Assembly: GCA_011056555.1 (NCBI GenBank)
Contig: DSEQ01000032.1
Coordinates: 1,257-65,256 of the forward strand
Reading direction: 5' to 3'
Origin: Candidatus Zixiibacteriota bacterium
GTDB lineage: Bacteria > Zixibacteria > MSB-5A5 > JAABVY01
DNA: 64,000 bases
Positions 46,977 to 56,914 of the stretch are shown here, one piece after another. Within the stretch, counting starts at the first letter, position 1. Each line of letters starts with the position of its first letter. A program made the translations under genes and the position numbers. The notes under the pieces were generated by a model that was given only the letters and a program-made list of their open reading frames with translations, searched no databases and was not told the DNA's origin.

Positions 46977-47767
46977 AATTCCACCTCTTCGGCATCAAAA
47001 ACCGGTCCCTCCTGGCAGACACGGTAGTAATCATTCCTGCCGCGCATCTTAACAGCGCATCCCAGGCAGGTGCCGACCCCGCAGGGCATCGCGCCCTCCA
47101 GGGAAAGCTGGCAGGGAACTTTGAAACTGAGGGCAATCTGGCCCAGCCGTCTCATCATCGCGTTGGGGCCGCAGGAATAAATCCTGATCTTCTCATGTCT
47201 CAGCTTTTTAGCATAATGGGCCTCGAATAAATCCGTGACAAAACCGTGAAAACCAAAACTCCCGTCATCGGTTGAGAACTCTAAGGGAATATCGAGTTTG
47301 AGCAGATCATCGGCCATTGGTTTTTCTGAGACGGTTTTCATGCCGAGCAGAAAGAGGATATTCTCTTTCGGGAAGTTATGCTTTTCTACCAGAAACCTGC
47401 TGAAAAAATAGAGTGGGGGAAAACCGACTCCGCCCGCCACCATAACTGCCCGTTCCCCATCCTCCGGCAGTTTAAAGCTGTTTCCGAGAGGACCGATACA
47501 GTCGAATTCCTGATCTATTTCAGCTTGTGAGAGGATATGGGTGCCCCTCCCGACTGTCCTGAAAACCATCTCGAAGGTTTTCCCGTCAGCGTAATGAATG
47601 CTCATGGGGCGCCGGAATATTGGATCCAGACCTTTGGAAACCTTAATCTGCACGAAATTGGCGGGAACAGCACGAGAAGCGAGGCTTTCTCCCTCGAACT
47701 TCAGATGAAACAGGTCAGGAAGAAGCTGTTTTTTCTCTACCACCCTCACACCGGGATTAAAGATCAT
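46973..47767 (-). CDS. pyrK: dihydroorotate dehydrogenase electron-transfer subunit
   Basis: The FAD/NAD-binding fold carries RPMS and GGVGFPP motifs. The C-terminal 2Fe-2S ligands are CGVGTCLGCAV. I prefer the ATG at 47767, which overlaps the upstream stop as ATGA. Confidence 0.85.
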   Translation of the reverse strand: MIFNPGVRVVEKKQLLPDLFHLKFEGESLASRAVPANFVQIKVSKGLDPIFRRPMSIHYADGKTFEMVFRTVGRGTHILSQAEIDQEFDCIGPLGNSFKLPEDGERAVMVAGGVGFPPLYFFSRFLVEKHNFPKENILFLLGMKTVSEKPMADDLLKLDIPLEFSTDDGSFGFHGFVTDLFEAHYAKKLRHEKIRIYSCGPNAMMRRLGQIALSFKVPCQLSLEGAMPCGVGTCLGCAVKMRGRNDYYRVCQEGPVFDAEEVEL

Positions 47768-49887
47768 TGTCGTCCCTTGATCTCGGGCGGCAGCTCCACC
47801 TTTATTCTGTAAAACTGCCATTGCTCAATATACTCCGGCGGTATTTGTCCAACATCGAATTCTGTGTATCTTAATGCTTCGACAGCCGCTTCGTCAATCT
47901 CTTTTATCCCCGAGGGCTGCAAAATCCGCCAATCGGTGGGCTTGCCCAGAAAGTCAATCCTGACCATGAAGCCGACATAACCTTCGAAGCGCGAGTAATA
48001 TGCAGAGGGCGGATAAACAAAATCTCCCTCTTTTATCGGATCTCCATCAACCACATGCAGGGTGTCAATCAAAGTGGCGATTTCATTGGCAATGAGGGTG
48101 TCCTGCCCAATTATGACCATATCGCGGTCATCTTCAATTTCATCCTGATCCCCCGCCAATAATGTGTCCTGGGGAATTGTGTCCTGCTGCTGCTGAGGGA
48201 CCTTGGGCTTGGGAACCACCTTTTTGCCCAGTTTGACCAATGCGGAATCCCCGTATGGTGTGCCGGCATATTGATCGGCCACATTCTGATAGGCGATGAT
48301 AATAGTCGAATCAGGCACAGAAGTCGAGTCATTCGGATCCCATTCATCCGGTGCAACATGCTTCTCGGTCAGCCAGGCTTTGGCATAAGCCGCTTTGGGA
48401 GCATATCTGGAGTTGGGGAACTCATCGATTATGCTCTGCAGGATGACCAGGGCCGAATCGACATTGCCCTCATTGAATATAAGCTTCTCTGCGTTTTTGT
48501 ATCTCTGCCCGGCAAAATCGGTATCAATGCTTTCCAGATTTATATTCAGCTCCTTGGCGGCTTCCTCCACCTGGTCACTGGTGGGATATTTTTCAATTAT
48601 TTTTCTGTATTCGGCACGGGAGCTGTCCTGCATACCCAGATGCTTGTCGAAGATATAGCCTCGCGCCAGAAGTGCCTTAGGGGCATATTCACTTTCAGGG
48701 AAGCTGTCGATTACGACCTGGAACTCATGCAGGGCGGTATCCGGGTTCTCGAGCTCGAAGACATACAGCTCCGCCAGTTGAAACTGGCTTCGGGCAGCAC
48801 TTTCCAGGTCTTCCGCCGATGCTTCCTGGCGGTACTGAGAGAGCTTGCTGATATTAGTGCTTCTTTCTAATGCCATCTGATATATCTCAGAACGGCGGTT
48901 GGCGGTTATGGAGGAATCATACATCGCCTTTGCAGTTTCCAGGTCGCTGAGCTCGAGCATGTAAATCTCGCCCATTCTGTAAAAGGCGCGGGCCGCAGGA
49001 TCAGACCTTTGAAACTCCTCTGTGATTTTGGCATATTCCTCGATCGCCGCTTCCAGCTCGCCCTTCATCTCCAGCGCTTCCGCCAGCTTGAGCCTGATCA
49101 TCCCGGCCGAGCTGTAGTATTTTTCATCTTTGGATAATTTTTCAAATATCGCGTAGCCCGAATCAATCATGTCGATAGCATAATAAGATTCTCCCGCTTC
49201 AAACTGCGATTCAAAATACAGGCTGTCTGAAGGACCATAATCGGCCACATTCAGGTAGGCGTCTTTTGATGCTTCATAGTTTTCCAGGGAGTCATATGCC
49301 TGGCCGATTTTGAATTGCACCTGGGCTGCCATGCTGGCGTCAGCAAATTTTTCAAGATAACTTGAAAAGTATTTCACGGCCTGTTCGAAATTGCGCTCAT
49401 TGAATTCAATCTCGCCAATCATGTACTGCGCCTCGGCCTTCCATTTCCTGTTTTTTGTCACCGAATCGACTTGTATGAATGACTGGCGGGCGAGGATATA
49501 TTCTTCCTGTTTAAGGCGGCATTTGCCCAGGTAGAAGAGGGCCCGGTCATAATAATCCGATTCGGGATAGGCTGCCAGTAATTCACGGAATTTGCGTTCC
49601 GCCTTGGAGAAATCCCCCAGGTGATAGTAGGATTTGCCGATAATGAAAAGTGCATCATCGACATATTTGCTGTCCGGATGATCGGTTATTACCGTCAGTG
49701 ATTTCTCTATTGCCGCCTGGTACTGTGCGGACGATCCGCCGACCGCCTCCTCGGAGCCCTGCTTTTCCCGTTTACTCTCGGCCTCATTGAAATTCTTCTT
49801 GGCCAGATAGAAAGTGTTGAAATAAACACATCCCGAGAACAGGAGCATTATCGCTAATGCTATTGCTGTAATCTTAAAGAATCTCAT
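47764..49887 (-). CDS. lipoprotein with multiple TPR repeats and a C-terminal TonB_C-like domain
   Basis: I prefer the ATG at 49887, which gives MRFFKITAIALAIMLLFSGC with a lipobox. About eight YbgF/TPR-like repeats follow, then a Pro/Gln-rich linker. The C-terminus YPPSAYYSRFEGYVGFMVRIDFLGKPTDWRILQPSGIKEIDEAAVEALR resembles TonB C-terminal domains. Confidence 0.7.
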   Translation of the reverse strand: MRFFKITAIALAIMLLFSGCVYFNTFYLAKKNFNEAESKREKQGSEEAVGGSSAQYQAAIEKSLTVITDHPDSKYVDDALFIIGKSYYHLGDFSKAERKFRELLAAYPESDYYDRALFYLGKCRLKQEEYILARQSFIQVDSVTKNRKWKAEAQYMIGEIEFNERNFEQAVKYFSSYLEKFADASMAAQVQFKIGQAYDSLENYEASKDAYLNVADYGPSDSLYFESQFEAGESYYAIDMIDSGYAIFEKLSKDEKYYSSAGMIRLKLAEALEMKGELEAAIEEYAKITEEFQRSDPAARAFYRMGEIYMLELSDLETAKAMYDSSITANRRSEIYQMALERSTNISKLSQYRQEASAEDLESAARSQFQLAELYVFELENPDTALHEFQVVIDSFPESEYAPKALLARGYIFDKHLGMQDSSRAEYRKIIEKYPTSDQVEEAAKELNINLESIDTDFAGQRYKNAEKLIFNEGNVDSALVILQSIIDEFPNSRYAPKAAYAKAWLTEKHVAPDEWDPNDSTSVPDSTIIIAYQNVADQYAGTPYGDSALVKLGKKVVPKPKVPQQQQDTIPQDTLLAGDQDEIEDDRDMVIIGQDTLIANEIATLIDTLHVVDGDPIKEGDFVYPPSAYYSRFEGYVGFMVRIDFLGKPTDWRILQPSGIKEIDEAAVEALRYTEFDVGQIPPEYIEQWQFYRIKVELPPEIKGRQ

Positions 49888-50773
49888 CTTGGAACCAACC
49901 ATTGCTTAGATTATACTTTTCCATTAGCTTTTTGGCAACAGCATACTCCTTTTTAGTTATACGTCTCGAAATCTGCGGATATTCATTAGCCCTGAAGGCC
50001 GGAAAATACTGCGACATCAGTGAGATATACGTATCGGGCGATATTTTTTCTGAAATAAACTTGAATATCTCCTCCGAGCGGGAGAGATTATTGGGAAGCA
50101 CAAGATGCCTGATCAGGAGCCCCCGGGTGGCGACTTCGTTTTCGTCAGTCTGCAAATCTCCTACCTGCCGGTGCATCTCAGCAACAGCCGCGCGGTTGAT
50201 CCGGGGATAATCAGCGGCGGACGAATAGCATTGAGCCGCATTTTCATCCCCGTACCGCATATCCGGCATGTATATCTCTATCAGGCCCTCCATCATACGC
50301 AAAACTTCGACCCTGTCATATCCCGAAGAATTATAGACTATCGGTATCTTCAATCCTCGATCTCTGGCAGCAACGATGGCATCTGCTATTTGCGCATTGA
50401 AATGGGTGGGGGTCACGAAATTGATATTATGCGCTCCAAGTTCCTGCAGCCGGAGCATTGAGTCGACCAGGGTCAGAGGGGATACCTCACGCCCGTTCTG
50501 CATCTGGCTGATCGGATAATTCTGGCAGTAGACGCAATTCAAATTACAGCCGGTCAGGAAGATAGTCCCGCTGCCGTTAAAGCCGGATATGGGCGGTTCC
50601 TCGCCGAAGTGCAGATTGGCCGAAGAAACCTTAATTTTGTCGGTCTGCCCGCATATGCCCGTTTCGCCCATGGTCCTGTCCACATGACATTCACGAGGAC
50701 ATAGATCACAGTCTTTCAGGCGATCGAGCAGTATTTTTGTATTTTTCCGATGAGTCAAGATCATGGTTTTCAA
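49874..50773 (-). CDS. radical SAM protein, PflX-like (COG1313-type homolog of pyruvate formate-lyase activase)
   Basis: The N-terminus is CDLCPRECHVDR..GETGICG, followed by HFGEEPPISG. The radical-SAM cluster motif is CNLNCVYCQN. Confidence 0.8.
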   Translation of the reverse strand: MKTMILTHRKNTKILLDRLKDCDLCPRECHVDRTMGETGICGQTDKIKVSSANLHFGEEPPISGFNGSGTIFLTGCNLNCVYCQNYPISQMQNGREVSPLTLVDSMLRLQELGAHNINFVTPTHFNAQIADAIVAARDRGLKIPIVYNSSGYDRVEVLRMMEGLIEIYMPDMRYGDENAAQCYSSAADYPRINRAAVAEMHRQVGDLQTDENEVATRGLLIRHLVLPNNLSRSEEIFKFISEKISPDTYISLMSQYFPAFRANEYPQISRRITKKEYAVAKKLMEKYNLSNGWFQDEIL

Positions 50774-50775
50774 AA

Positions 50776-51510
50776 TTATATGTCGATTCCGGCGGCCATT
50801 AGGAGTTTAGGAAGGATTTCTCCCGAAGGTCCCAGCAGAACCTCATCAGCATAAGTGGAAAGCTCCGTTTCCTGGACATTAATTTCTACCAGATAAGCTC
50901 CCCTCTGTTTGGCGGCAATCGGAAGGCCCGCAGCGGGATAGACTATGGCCGAGGTTCCGATCGATAAAAACAGCTCACACTGGAAAGATTTTTTGTTGGC
51001 CTCGGCAAAAACATCCGCCGGCAGCATCTCTCCAAACCAGACTACATCGGGACGAATCATCCCGCCGCACTCACATCTGGGGATATCATCACCCTCCTTA
51101 AAATCCAGCCTGTTTACAGGCTTACCGCAGGTCAGGCATTTGTTGCGCATTATGTTGCCATGCACCTCGAGCACATGCTCGGAGCCGGCTTTTCTGTGAA
51201 GGGCGTCGACATTCTGGGTAACCAGGCAGAAGTCGGAGAAATGCTTTTCCATTTTCGCCAGTGCGTAATGCCCCGGGTTGGGTTCAATATTATCGATTAT
51301 ATCCCGCCTGTGCTGATACCATGCCAGGACAAGCTCCGGATTTGAGAGAAAAGCGTCAACTGTGGCAAGTTCCTCGGCCCTGAACTTTTTCCAGATTCCC
51401 TCTTTGCCGCGAAATGTGGGCACACCGGATTCAGCCGAGACCCCCGCTCCGGTGAGTACACAGATTTTGGGATCTTTTTTCAGCAGTTCAATTAAAGTCT
51501 CTGAAAACAT
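50776..51510 (-). CDS. cobB: NAD-dependent protein deacylase (Sir2/CobB family)
   Basis: Motifs GAGVSAESGVPTFRG, TQNVDALH and HG. The zinc ribbon is CLTCGK...CECGG. Confidence 0.9.
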   Translation of the reverse strand: MFSETLIELLKKDPKICVLTGAGVSAESGVPTFRGKEGIWKKFRAEELATVDAFLSNPELVLAWYQHRRDIIDNIEPNPGHYALAKMEKHFSDFCLVTQNVDALHRKAGSEHVLEVHGNIMRNKCLTCGKPVNRLDFKEGDDIPRCECGGMIRPDVVWFGEMLPADVFAEANKKSFQCELFLSIGTSAIVYPAAGLPIAAKQRGAYLVEINVQETELSTYADEVLLGPSGEILPKLLMAAGIDI

Positions 51511-51626
51511 AGCAGAACAATATGCTTCATGTGAATTATTTAGTCAAGTTATTTACAGAATTGCATTTTATACAAAAATTACAGTTTTATAGTTTATACA
51601 CATTTATTATTGTATAATCAGGTGAA

Positions 51627-52133
51627 ATGGGAAAAAAATCGAAAAATATGGCGATTATACTCCTGATGTCGGGGATAATCATTATTTCCGCTGTCTCTGT
51701 GTCCGCTCAGGACAGTTTAGTAATCGAGAAGCGCAAAAGGCACTCCCCCACAGGTGCATTACTTCGTTCGCTGGTTATTCCCGGCTGGGGCCAGCTCTAC
51801 AATGATAAATATATCAAGGCCGGATTAATTGCCGGGCTGGAATCATTTTTAATCTATCAGACCGCCTATTACTGGGATAAGACCTCCACCTATGAGGATC
51901 TCTATACCAGCGACACCAACTCTGTCAGCAGGTATGATAAATTTCTGCAGTTTGACCGTTATCGCGACTTGCGCAATCAGCATATATGGTTTTTGGGAAT
52001 AACCGTCGTTTATTCAATTTTCGATGCTTATGTGGATGCCCACTTGAAGAATTTCGATGTTGATATTACGCCCGATTTTGATGAAAATCGGCAGGATTTG
52101 ACCCTGTGGCTCAATTTGTGCATTAAATATTAG
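51627..52133 (+). CDS. small membrane protein (DUF5683-like)
   Basis: Signal/TM segment plus SLVIPGWGQLYNDKYIKAGLIAG, a motif I associate with DUF5683. This assignment is from memory only. Confidence 0.55.
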   Translation: MGKKSKNMAIILLMSGIIIISAVSVSAQDSLVIEKRKRHSPTGALLRSLVIPGWGQLYNDKYIKAGLIAGLESFLIYQTAYYWDKTSTYEDLYTSDTNSVSRYDKFLQFDRYRDLRNQHIWFLGITVVYSIFDAYVDAHLKNFDVDITPDFDENRQDLTLWLNLCIKY

Positions 52134-52386
52134 TCCCGCATTGTCGCAGATTCTGCATTTTGATCCCCTAATTTTTGATTATGGCTTGCCTCCTTTCGGC
52201 ATGGAACTATATTGCGCAGAATTGTTATACTATTTGGCGAATTCCAAAAGGGGACCGTATTTTCGGGATATGCAGCTTTGGTTATCCTAAACTGCGATAA
52301 AGTGCTGTTGATTACATACGATAAGTAAGGTATGGGGTATATTTTGCGGGAATGTTGCCCGCTTTGGATGAAATAGGATTTAATGA

Positions 52387-53061
52387 ATGAACGACAAGCC
52401 AGTATTCAGCATTAAGGACTGCGCCCTGATCACCCGAATGGCCGGCCTGGATTCGGCCCTTAACATTCGCGAAATGCGAGAACGGGTGGCGGTTTGTCCT
52501 ATTGAATGTCTCTACCATCATTTCTGTGAAACGGTAATCCGCCCGACATTTGATGACCCCGAGTTCCGCAACGATTTCTCCATCTGGTGCTCTACCAATC
52601 TGGGGGAGAAGAAACTGGCAGAGCAGCTCGGAATATTGAATCCCTACGATTTCAATAATCTGGAGGAGCTGCGGGCGAAGATGATGGAAATCATCGATGA
52701 ACGTTTGAGCGAGCTTTATTATATTCCCTCGGCCCAGATCGGCGAGGATTTTCAATTCATGCGGGCCGTAACTGTGGTATTCGATACCGGCAAGCAGATT
52801 CATTCTCCCGACGACCTGATCCGCCATATTCCCTTTATGAGCGACAGCAGCCTTTATTATCATTTTGTTGAGGCTCACCGCAGGACTCCCGAAAGTACTG
52901 ACGACTTTACCGTATTTCTGAAGGATTTCAATCATGAATACCAGCCCTTAATTGAGGAATTCGCGAGAATAGATTTTTACTTTTTGAATCTTCATGAACT
53001 CCGTTTAGCCTTGAAGAAGGCTATCGAGTCAATTGTCGGCGCGGAGGTTCCTGGTGCCTAA
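52387..53061 (+). CDS. conserved-looking hypothetical protein with an internal ~100-aa duplication, first gene of the trehalose cluster
   Basis: It is co-oriented with the treT-like gene and overlaps it. Residues ~35-105 and ~140-215 align weakly (..LY.HF.E......DF.....L.ELR...). The antisense 207-aa ORF is judged spurious. Confidence 0.6.
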   Translation: MNDKPVFSIKDCALITRMAGLDSALNIREMRERVAVCPIECLYHHFCETVIRPTFDDPEFRNDFSIWCSTNLGEKKLAEQLGILNPYDFNNLEELRAKMMEIIDERLSELYYIPSAQIGEDFQFMRAVTVVFDTGKQIHSPDDLIRHIPFMSDSSLYYHFVEAHRRTPESTDDFTVFLKDFNHEYQPLIEEFARIDFYFLNLHELRLALKKAIESIVGAEVPGA

Positions 53062-54292
53062 ATCGCTACTGGATTATGAAGAGATAGTTGGTAAGATCAA
53101 TATCTCGATCCTGCGTCAACTGGCGGAAAATTTAAAGGGCGCCAGGGTGGTGCATGTCAACTCGACCCGTGTGGGCGGGGGAGTGGCGGAAATACTGGAC
53201 TGGCTCATCTCCCTCATGAATGAGCTGGGCCTGGAGGCATCATGGGAGGTGATCTCGGGACCTCCGGAATTCTATTTTACCACCAAGACATTTCATAATG
53301 CTCTGCAGGGCAAACCCGCTTCCCTTACCAAGACAATGGTTGAGGCCTATGAAGAGACCAACAGGCAGACTGCCGATAAACTGCGGGGTACGCTTGAAGA
53401 TGCGGATTTCGTATTTGTTCATGATCCTCAGCCGGCGGCTCTACTGGAGTATTGTCCCAATCGCAAGGGAAAGTGGATCTGGCGCTGTCACATTGACGCC
53501 AGCAGGCCCTACAGGCGGGTCTGGAAATACCTGGAGGAGAAAGTGGAGAAATATGATGCCAGTATCTTTTCCATGCCCAGCTTCGCCCAGCGCCTTCCCC
53601 ATCCGCAATTCATCATCGCGCCCAGTATTGACCCGCTCTCGAATAAAAACTGCGAACTCGATCCGACCGAGATAAGATCGGCCCTGGAAACCTACGGTAT
53701 CGAAAATTCAAAACCGGTCCTGACCCAGATATCCCGTTTTGACCGTTTCAAAGACCCCATCGGAGTCATTCAGGCTTTCAATATGCTCCGGGAGACGATC
53801 GATGCCGACCTGATTTTAGCCGGAGGCGGCGCCAGCGATGACCCGGAGGGACAGATGGTTCTGGAAGAAGTCCTGGAGGCGGCCAACGGCGACAGGCAGA
53901 TTCATATCCTGAATCTTCCCGGGGATGCGCACAGGATGATTAACGCCCTTCAGAGGGCATCGACCATAGTCCTTCAAAAGTCCCTGCAGGAGGGTTTCGG
54001 GTTGACCGTGACTGAGGCTCTGTGGAAGGAAAAACCGGTTATCGGCGGAAATGTGGGCGGAATCAGGCTGCAGGTGCATAATCATCACACCGGTTTTCTT
54101 GTAAATACCCCCGAGGGCGCGGCCCTGCGCATGCGTTACCTTCTCAGGCATCCGGAGGAACTTGAATATATGGGCAAAACCGGAAAACGCTTCGTGCAGG
54201 AGAATTTTCTGCTAACCCGTCATCTGCGTGAATACCTCACTTTGATGCTTGGTTTGAGAAGAGGGCTTGCCAACTACCTGATTACTGAGTAA
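53033..54292 (+). CDS. treT: GT4 glycosyltransferase of the trehalose glycosyltransferring synthase (TreT) type
   Basis: It carries motifs I recall from archaeal TreT. These are VHVNSTRVGGGVAEIL, KTFHNALQG, VHDPQPAAL, WRCHID, SIDPLS.KN.EL, SRFD..K, DDPEG, EGFGLTVTEALWK.KPVIG and VGGI. The start (TTG 53033 or GTG 53054) is uncertain. Confidence 0.75.
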   Translation: MSARRFLVPKSLLDYEEIVGKINISILRQLAENLKGARVVHVNSTRVGGGVAEILDWLISLMNELGLEASWEVISGPPEFYFTTKTFHNALQGKPASLTKTMVEAYEETNRQTADKLRGTLEDADFVFVHDPQPAALLEYCPNRKGKWIWRCHIDASRPYRRVWKYLEEKVEKYDASIFSMPSFAQRLPHPQFIIAPSIDPLSNKNCELDPTEIRSALETYGIENSKPVLTQISRFDRFKDPIGVIQAFNMLRETIDADLILAGGGASDDPEGQMVLEEVLEAANGDRQIHILNLPGDAHRMINALQRASTIVLQKSLQEGFGLTVTEALWKEKPVIGGNVGGIRLQVHNHHTGFLVNTPEGAALRMRYLLRHPEELEYMGKTGKRFVQENFLLTRHLREYLTLMLGLRRGLANYLITE

Positions 54293-54302
54293 ATTACCGC
54301 AA

Positions 54303-55091
54303 ATGCAGGTTTTAAGGGACAACTTCGATTTAGATCAGTTCTTCTCCGATCTCAGCGGAGCCATAAAGCCAATTCTTCTGCTGGATTATGACGGTACTCT
54401 TGCCCCCTTCCAGGTAAAAAGAGACGAGGCCGTTCCCTATCCCGGTGTGAGAGAGATCCTGAATCAGATTTTGAGAGCAGATCATACCCATATTCTCGTC
54501 ATAAGCGGCAGGCGTGTGGACGATTTGACCGCATTGCTGAAACTCGAAAAACAGCCCGAAATCTGGGGCTCGCATGGAAATGAGAGGCTGCTCCGAGATG
54601 GGAGATATATTCTGTCAAAATTGTCTGAACGAGAATCCCGGGGTCTGGATCTGGCCCGGAAGTGGGCAAAAGAACAGGGTCTTGACGCTAATCTGGAGGA
54701 GAAGCCCGCAAGTCTGGCCTTTCACTGGCGCGGATTGGACAAGAGCCGGGCCGATGAAATCAGGAAAAATGTCCGGGACACATGGGAGCCTGTAAAGGAT
54801 TATTATAATCTCAAGCTGTTGGATTTTGATGGCGGGATCGAAATAAAGGTTGCCGGACGGAATAAAGGTGATGCGGTGCAAAGAATTCTGACGGAAATCG
54901 ATGAAATCGAGGAAGTCGCCTACCTGGGCGATGATTTTACTGATGAGGATGCTTTTAGGGCGTTGCAGGGCAAGGGGCTACGTGTTCTGGTAAGGCAGGA
55001 GCGGCGCGAAACGTTGGCTGATCTGTGGATAATCCCGCCCGATGAGCTCCTCTATTTCTTGCGACGTTGGCATGAAGCTCGCAGCAGATAG
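54303..55091 (+). CDS. otsB: trehalose-6-phosphate phosphatase (HAD-IIB)
   Basis: Motifs LLLDYDGTLAP (DxDGT), ISGR and YLGDD.TDEDAF. Confidence 0.85.
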   Translation: MQVLRDNFDLDQFFSDLSGAIKPILLLDYDGTLAPFQVKRDEAVPYPGVREILNQILRADHTHILVISGRRVDDLTALLKLEKQPEIWGSHGNERLLRDGRYILSKLSERESRGLDLARKWAKEQGLDANLEEKPASLAFHWRGLDKSRADEIRKNVRDTWEPVKDYYNLKLLDFDGGIEIKVAGRNKGDAVQRILTEIDEIEEVAYLGDDFTDEDAFRALQGKGLRVLVRQERRETLADLWIIPPDELLYFLRRWHEARSR

Positions 55092-55312
55092 ATGCCATAA
55101 AATTTTTTTTAACGAACAATAATTTTTAAGGGGCGTTACATTTAGTAAAGGGTTATATTACGATTTAGAAGTGATTCGAATGCCATTTTACATCTTTATG
55201 CATAGTCGTCCTCCGGCATTGACCTGACAGCAACATTTTTTAGCTCTTTTACAGTCATATTTATTTGTATTTAAAAGGATTTTTATTGCTCTAATTAATA
55301 AAGGGAGAAAAT

Positions 55313-55338
55313 TGACAAAAACATGGACTGTTTTGTCA
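55313..55338. promoter_or_regulatory. 8-bp inverted repeat overlapping a TTGACA hexamer upstream of otsA (operator candidate)
   Basis: TGACAAAA-N10-TTTTGTCA, located 23 nt upstream of the otsA ATG inside a 269-bp AT-rich gap. Confidence 0.3.
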
Positions 55339-55360
55339 TTTAATAAAGGGAAGCAGGAAA

Positions 55361-56914
55361 ATGAGCGGAATAACATGGAGGAGAAGCAAAAGGAGGCTGC
55401 TGGTTGTCTCGAATCGGTTGCCGATCTGTATCAAGTCCGATGGCGGACGTATGGAGATTCAATCGGGATCGGGGGGACTGGTAACAGCGCTGGCGCCGAT
55501 AATCAGGAATACCGGCGGGGTGTGGATCGGGTGGCCGGGATGTGAAGTGACTTCCGAAGTAGAAAGACTTATTAGCGACTACAACATCGAAAACCTCTTC
55601 AACCTGCAGGCCATAAACATCTCCACGGAGGAAGTAGAAAATTATTATCGCGGTTTTTCCAATGAGGCTATCTGGCCGCTTTTTCATGACTTGCTGGGAC
55701 AATGCAAGTTTGAGGGGGAACATTGGGAATACTACAGAAATGTCAATCGGAGATTCGCGGAAAAAATCGTGGAGAGCGCGGAACCCGGCGATCTTATCTG
55801 GATTCATGATTATCATCTCATATTGGTGGCCCATTACCTGAGACAGATGAATGTGCAGCATCCCCTGGCTTTCTTTCTGCACATCCCCTTCCCCAATTAC
55901 GACCTTTTACGCCGACTGCCCTGGAAGGATCACATTATCGGGGGACTCCTGGATTATGATCTGGTCGGATTCCAGACCCGGCGGGACAGGCGGAATTTTT
56001 GCCGCTGCGCCAAGGAATTGATGCCCAGCCTCGATATCAAGGCTTATTACCGGCACTCGAATGTGCGCTTTGGGCGGCGCGAGATCAAGGTTGGTAATTT
56101 TCCCATCAGCATCGATTTCTCCGAGTTCAGTGACGGCGCTCAAACCGAAGAAGTTGAGAAGGAAGCGAATTATCTTAAACAGAAATGTCAGTCCAAAAGT
56201 CTCATGCTGGGGGTCGACCGTCTCGATTACACCAAGGGAATACCCGAACGTTTTTTGGCCTACGAACGTGCGCTGGAAAAGTATCCTGAATTGCGGGGAA
56301 ATATCTGCCTCTTACAACTGGCTGTCCCCAGCCGCTCACATTTATCGGCTTACCAGGATATTCGCGAAACGCTGGAATGGATGGTGGGCCGGATTAACGG
56401 CCGTTTCTCGGAATTCGGATGGCAGCCGATCCAGTATATCTACCGTTCGGTCAGCCGCACAGAGCTGCTGGGATTTTACCGCGCCAGCGATATCGGGCTT
56501 CTGACACCTTTACGGGATGGTATGAATCTGGTGGCCAAGGAATTTTGCGCCAGCACTGTCGATAATAACGGTGTCTTGATTTTGAGCGAGTTCGCCGGAG
56601 CCTCCGAGCAGCTTTCCAAAGGTGCGATAATGGTAAATCCTTATAACAGGGAGGAAACCGCTGATGCAATCTACCAGGCCTTCCACATGGACCTGGCTGA
56701 ACGCGAAAGAAGGATGACTCTCCTGCGATCCGAAGTCAAGCGCAACGATATATTTCGCTGGGTGGAATGGTTCCTGTCATCGTTCAGGGAGTCCGAGAGG
56801 GAAGGTGCCGCCAGTGCAATTCATCCCGCTAACAGCCAGTCGGTCCGGAGCCGAGTTGAGTCGGCAGTGATGGAATCGATAAAAAACGGCGGCAATTCGT
56901 ATACGGACGATTAA
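55361..56914 (+). CDS. otsA: alpha,alpha-trehalose-phosphate synthase (GT20)
   Basis: Motifs LLVVSNRLP, GGLV.AL, IWIHDYHL, GVDRLDYTKGI and RDGMNLVAKE. Confidence 0.9.
   Translation: MSGITWRRSKRRLLVVSNRLPICIKSDGGRMEIQSGSGGLVTALAPIIRNTGGVWIGWPGCEVTSEVERLISDYNIENLFNLQAINISTEEVENYYRGFSNEAIWPLFHDLLGQCKFEGEHWEYYRNVNRRFAEKIVESAEPGDLIWIHDYHLILVAHYLRQMNVQHPLAFFLHIPFPNYDLLRRLPWKDHIIGGLLDYDLVGFQTRRDRRNFCRCAKELMPSLDIKAYYRHSNVRFGRREIKVGNFPISIDFSEFSDGAQTEEVEKEANYLKQKCQSKSLMLGVDRLDYTKGIPERFLAYERALEKYPELRGNICLLQLAVPSRSHLSAYQDIRETLEWMVGRINGRFSEFGWQPIQYIYRSVSRTELLGFYRASDIGLLTPLRDGMNLVAKEFCASTVDNNGVLILSEFAGASEQLSKGAIMVNPYNREETADAIYQAFHMDLAERERRMTLLRSEVKRNDIFRWVEWFLSSFRESEREGAASAIHPANSQSVRSRVESAVMESIKNGGNSYTDD

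Noticed and set aside
52312-52935. 207-aa minus-strand ORF opposite the first gene of the trehalose cluster
   Set aside because: The plus-strand ORF is co-oriented with the treT-like gene, overlaps it, and shows an internal duplication typical of a real protein. The minus ORF has no RBS or functional context.
55340-55882. 180-aa minus-strand ORF
   Set aside because: It is antisense to otsA, which has strong GT20 motifs.
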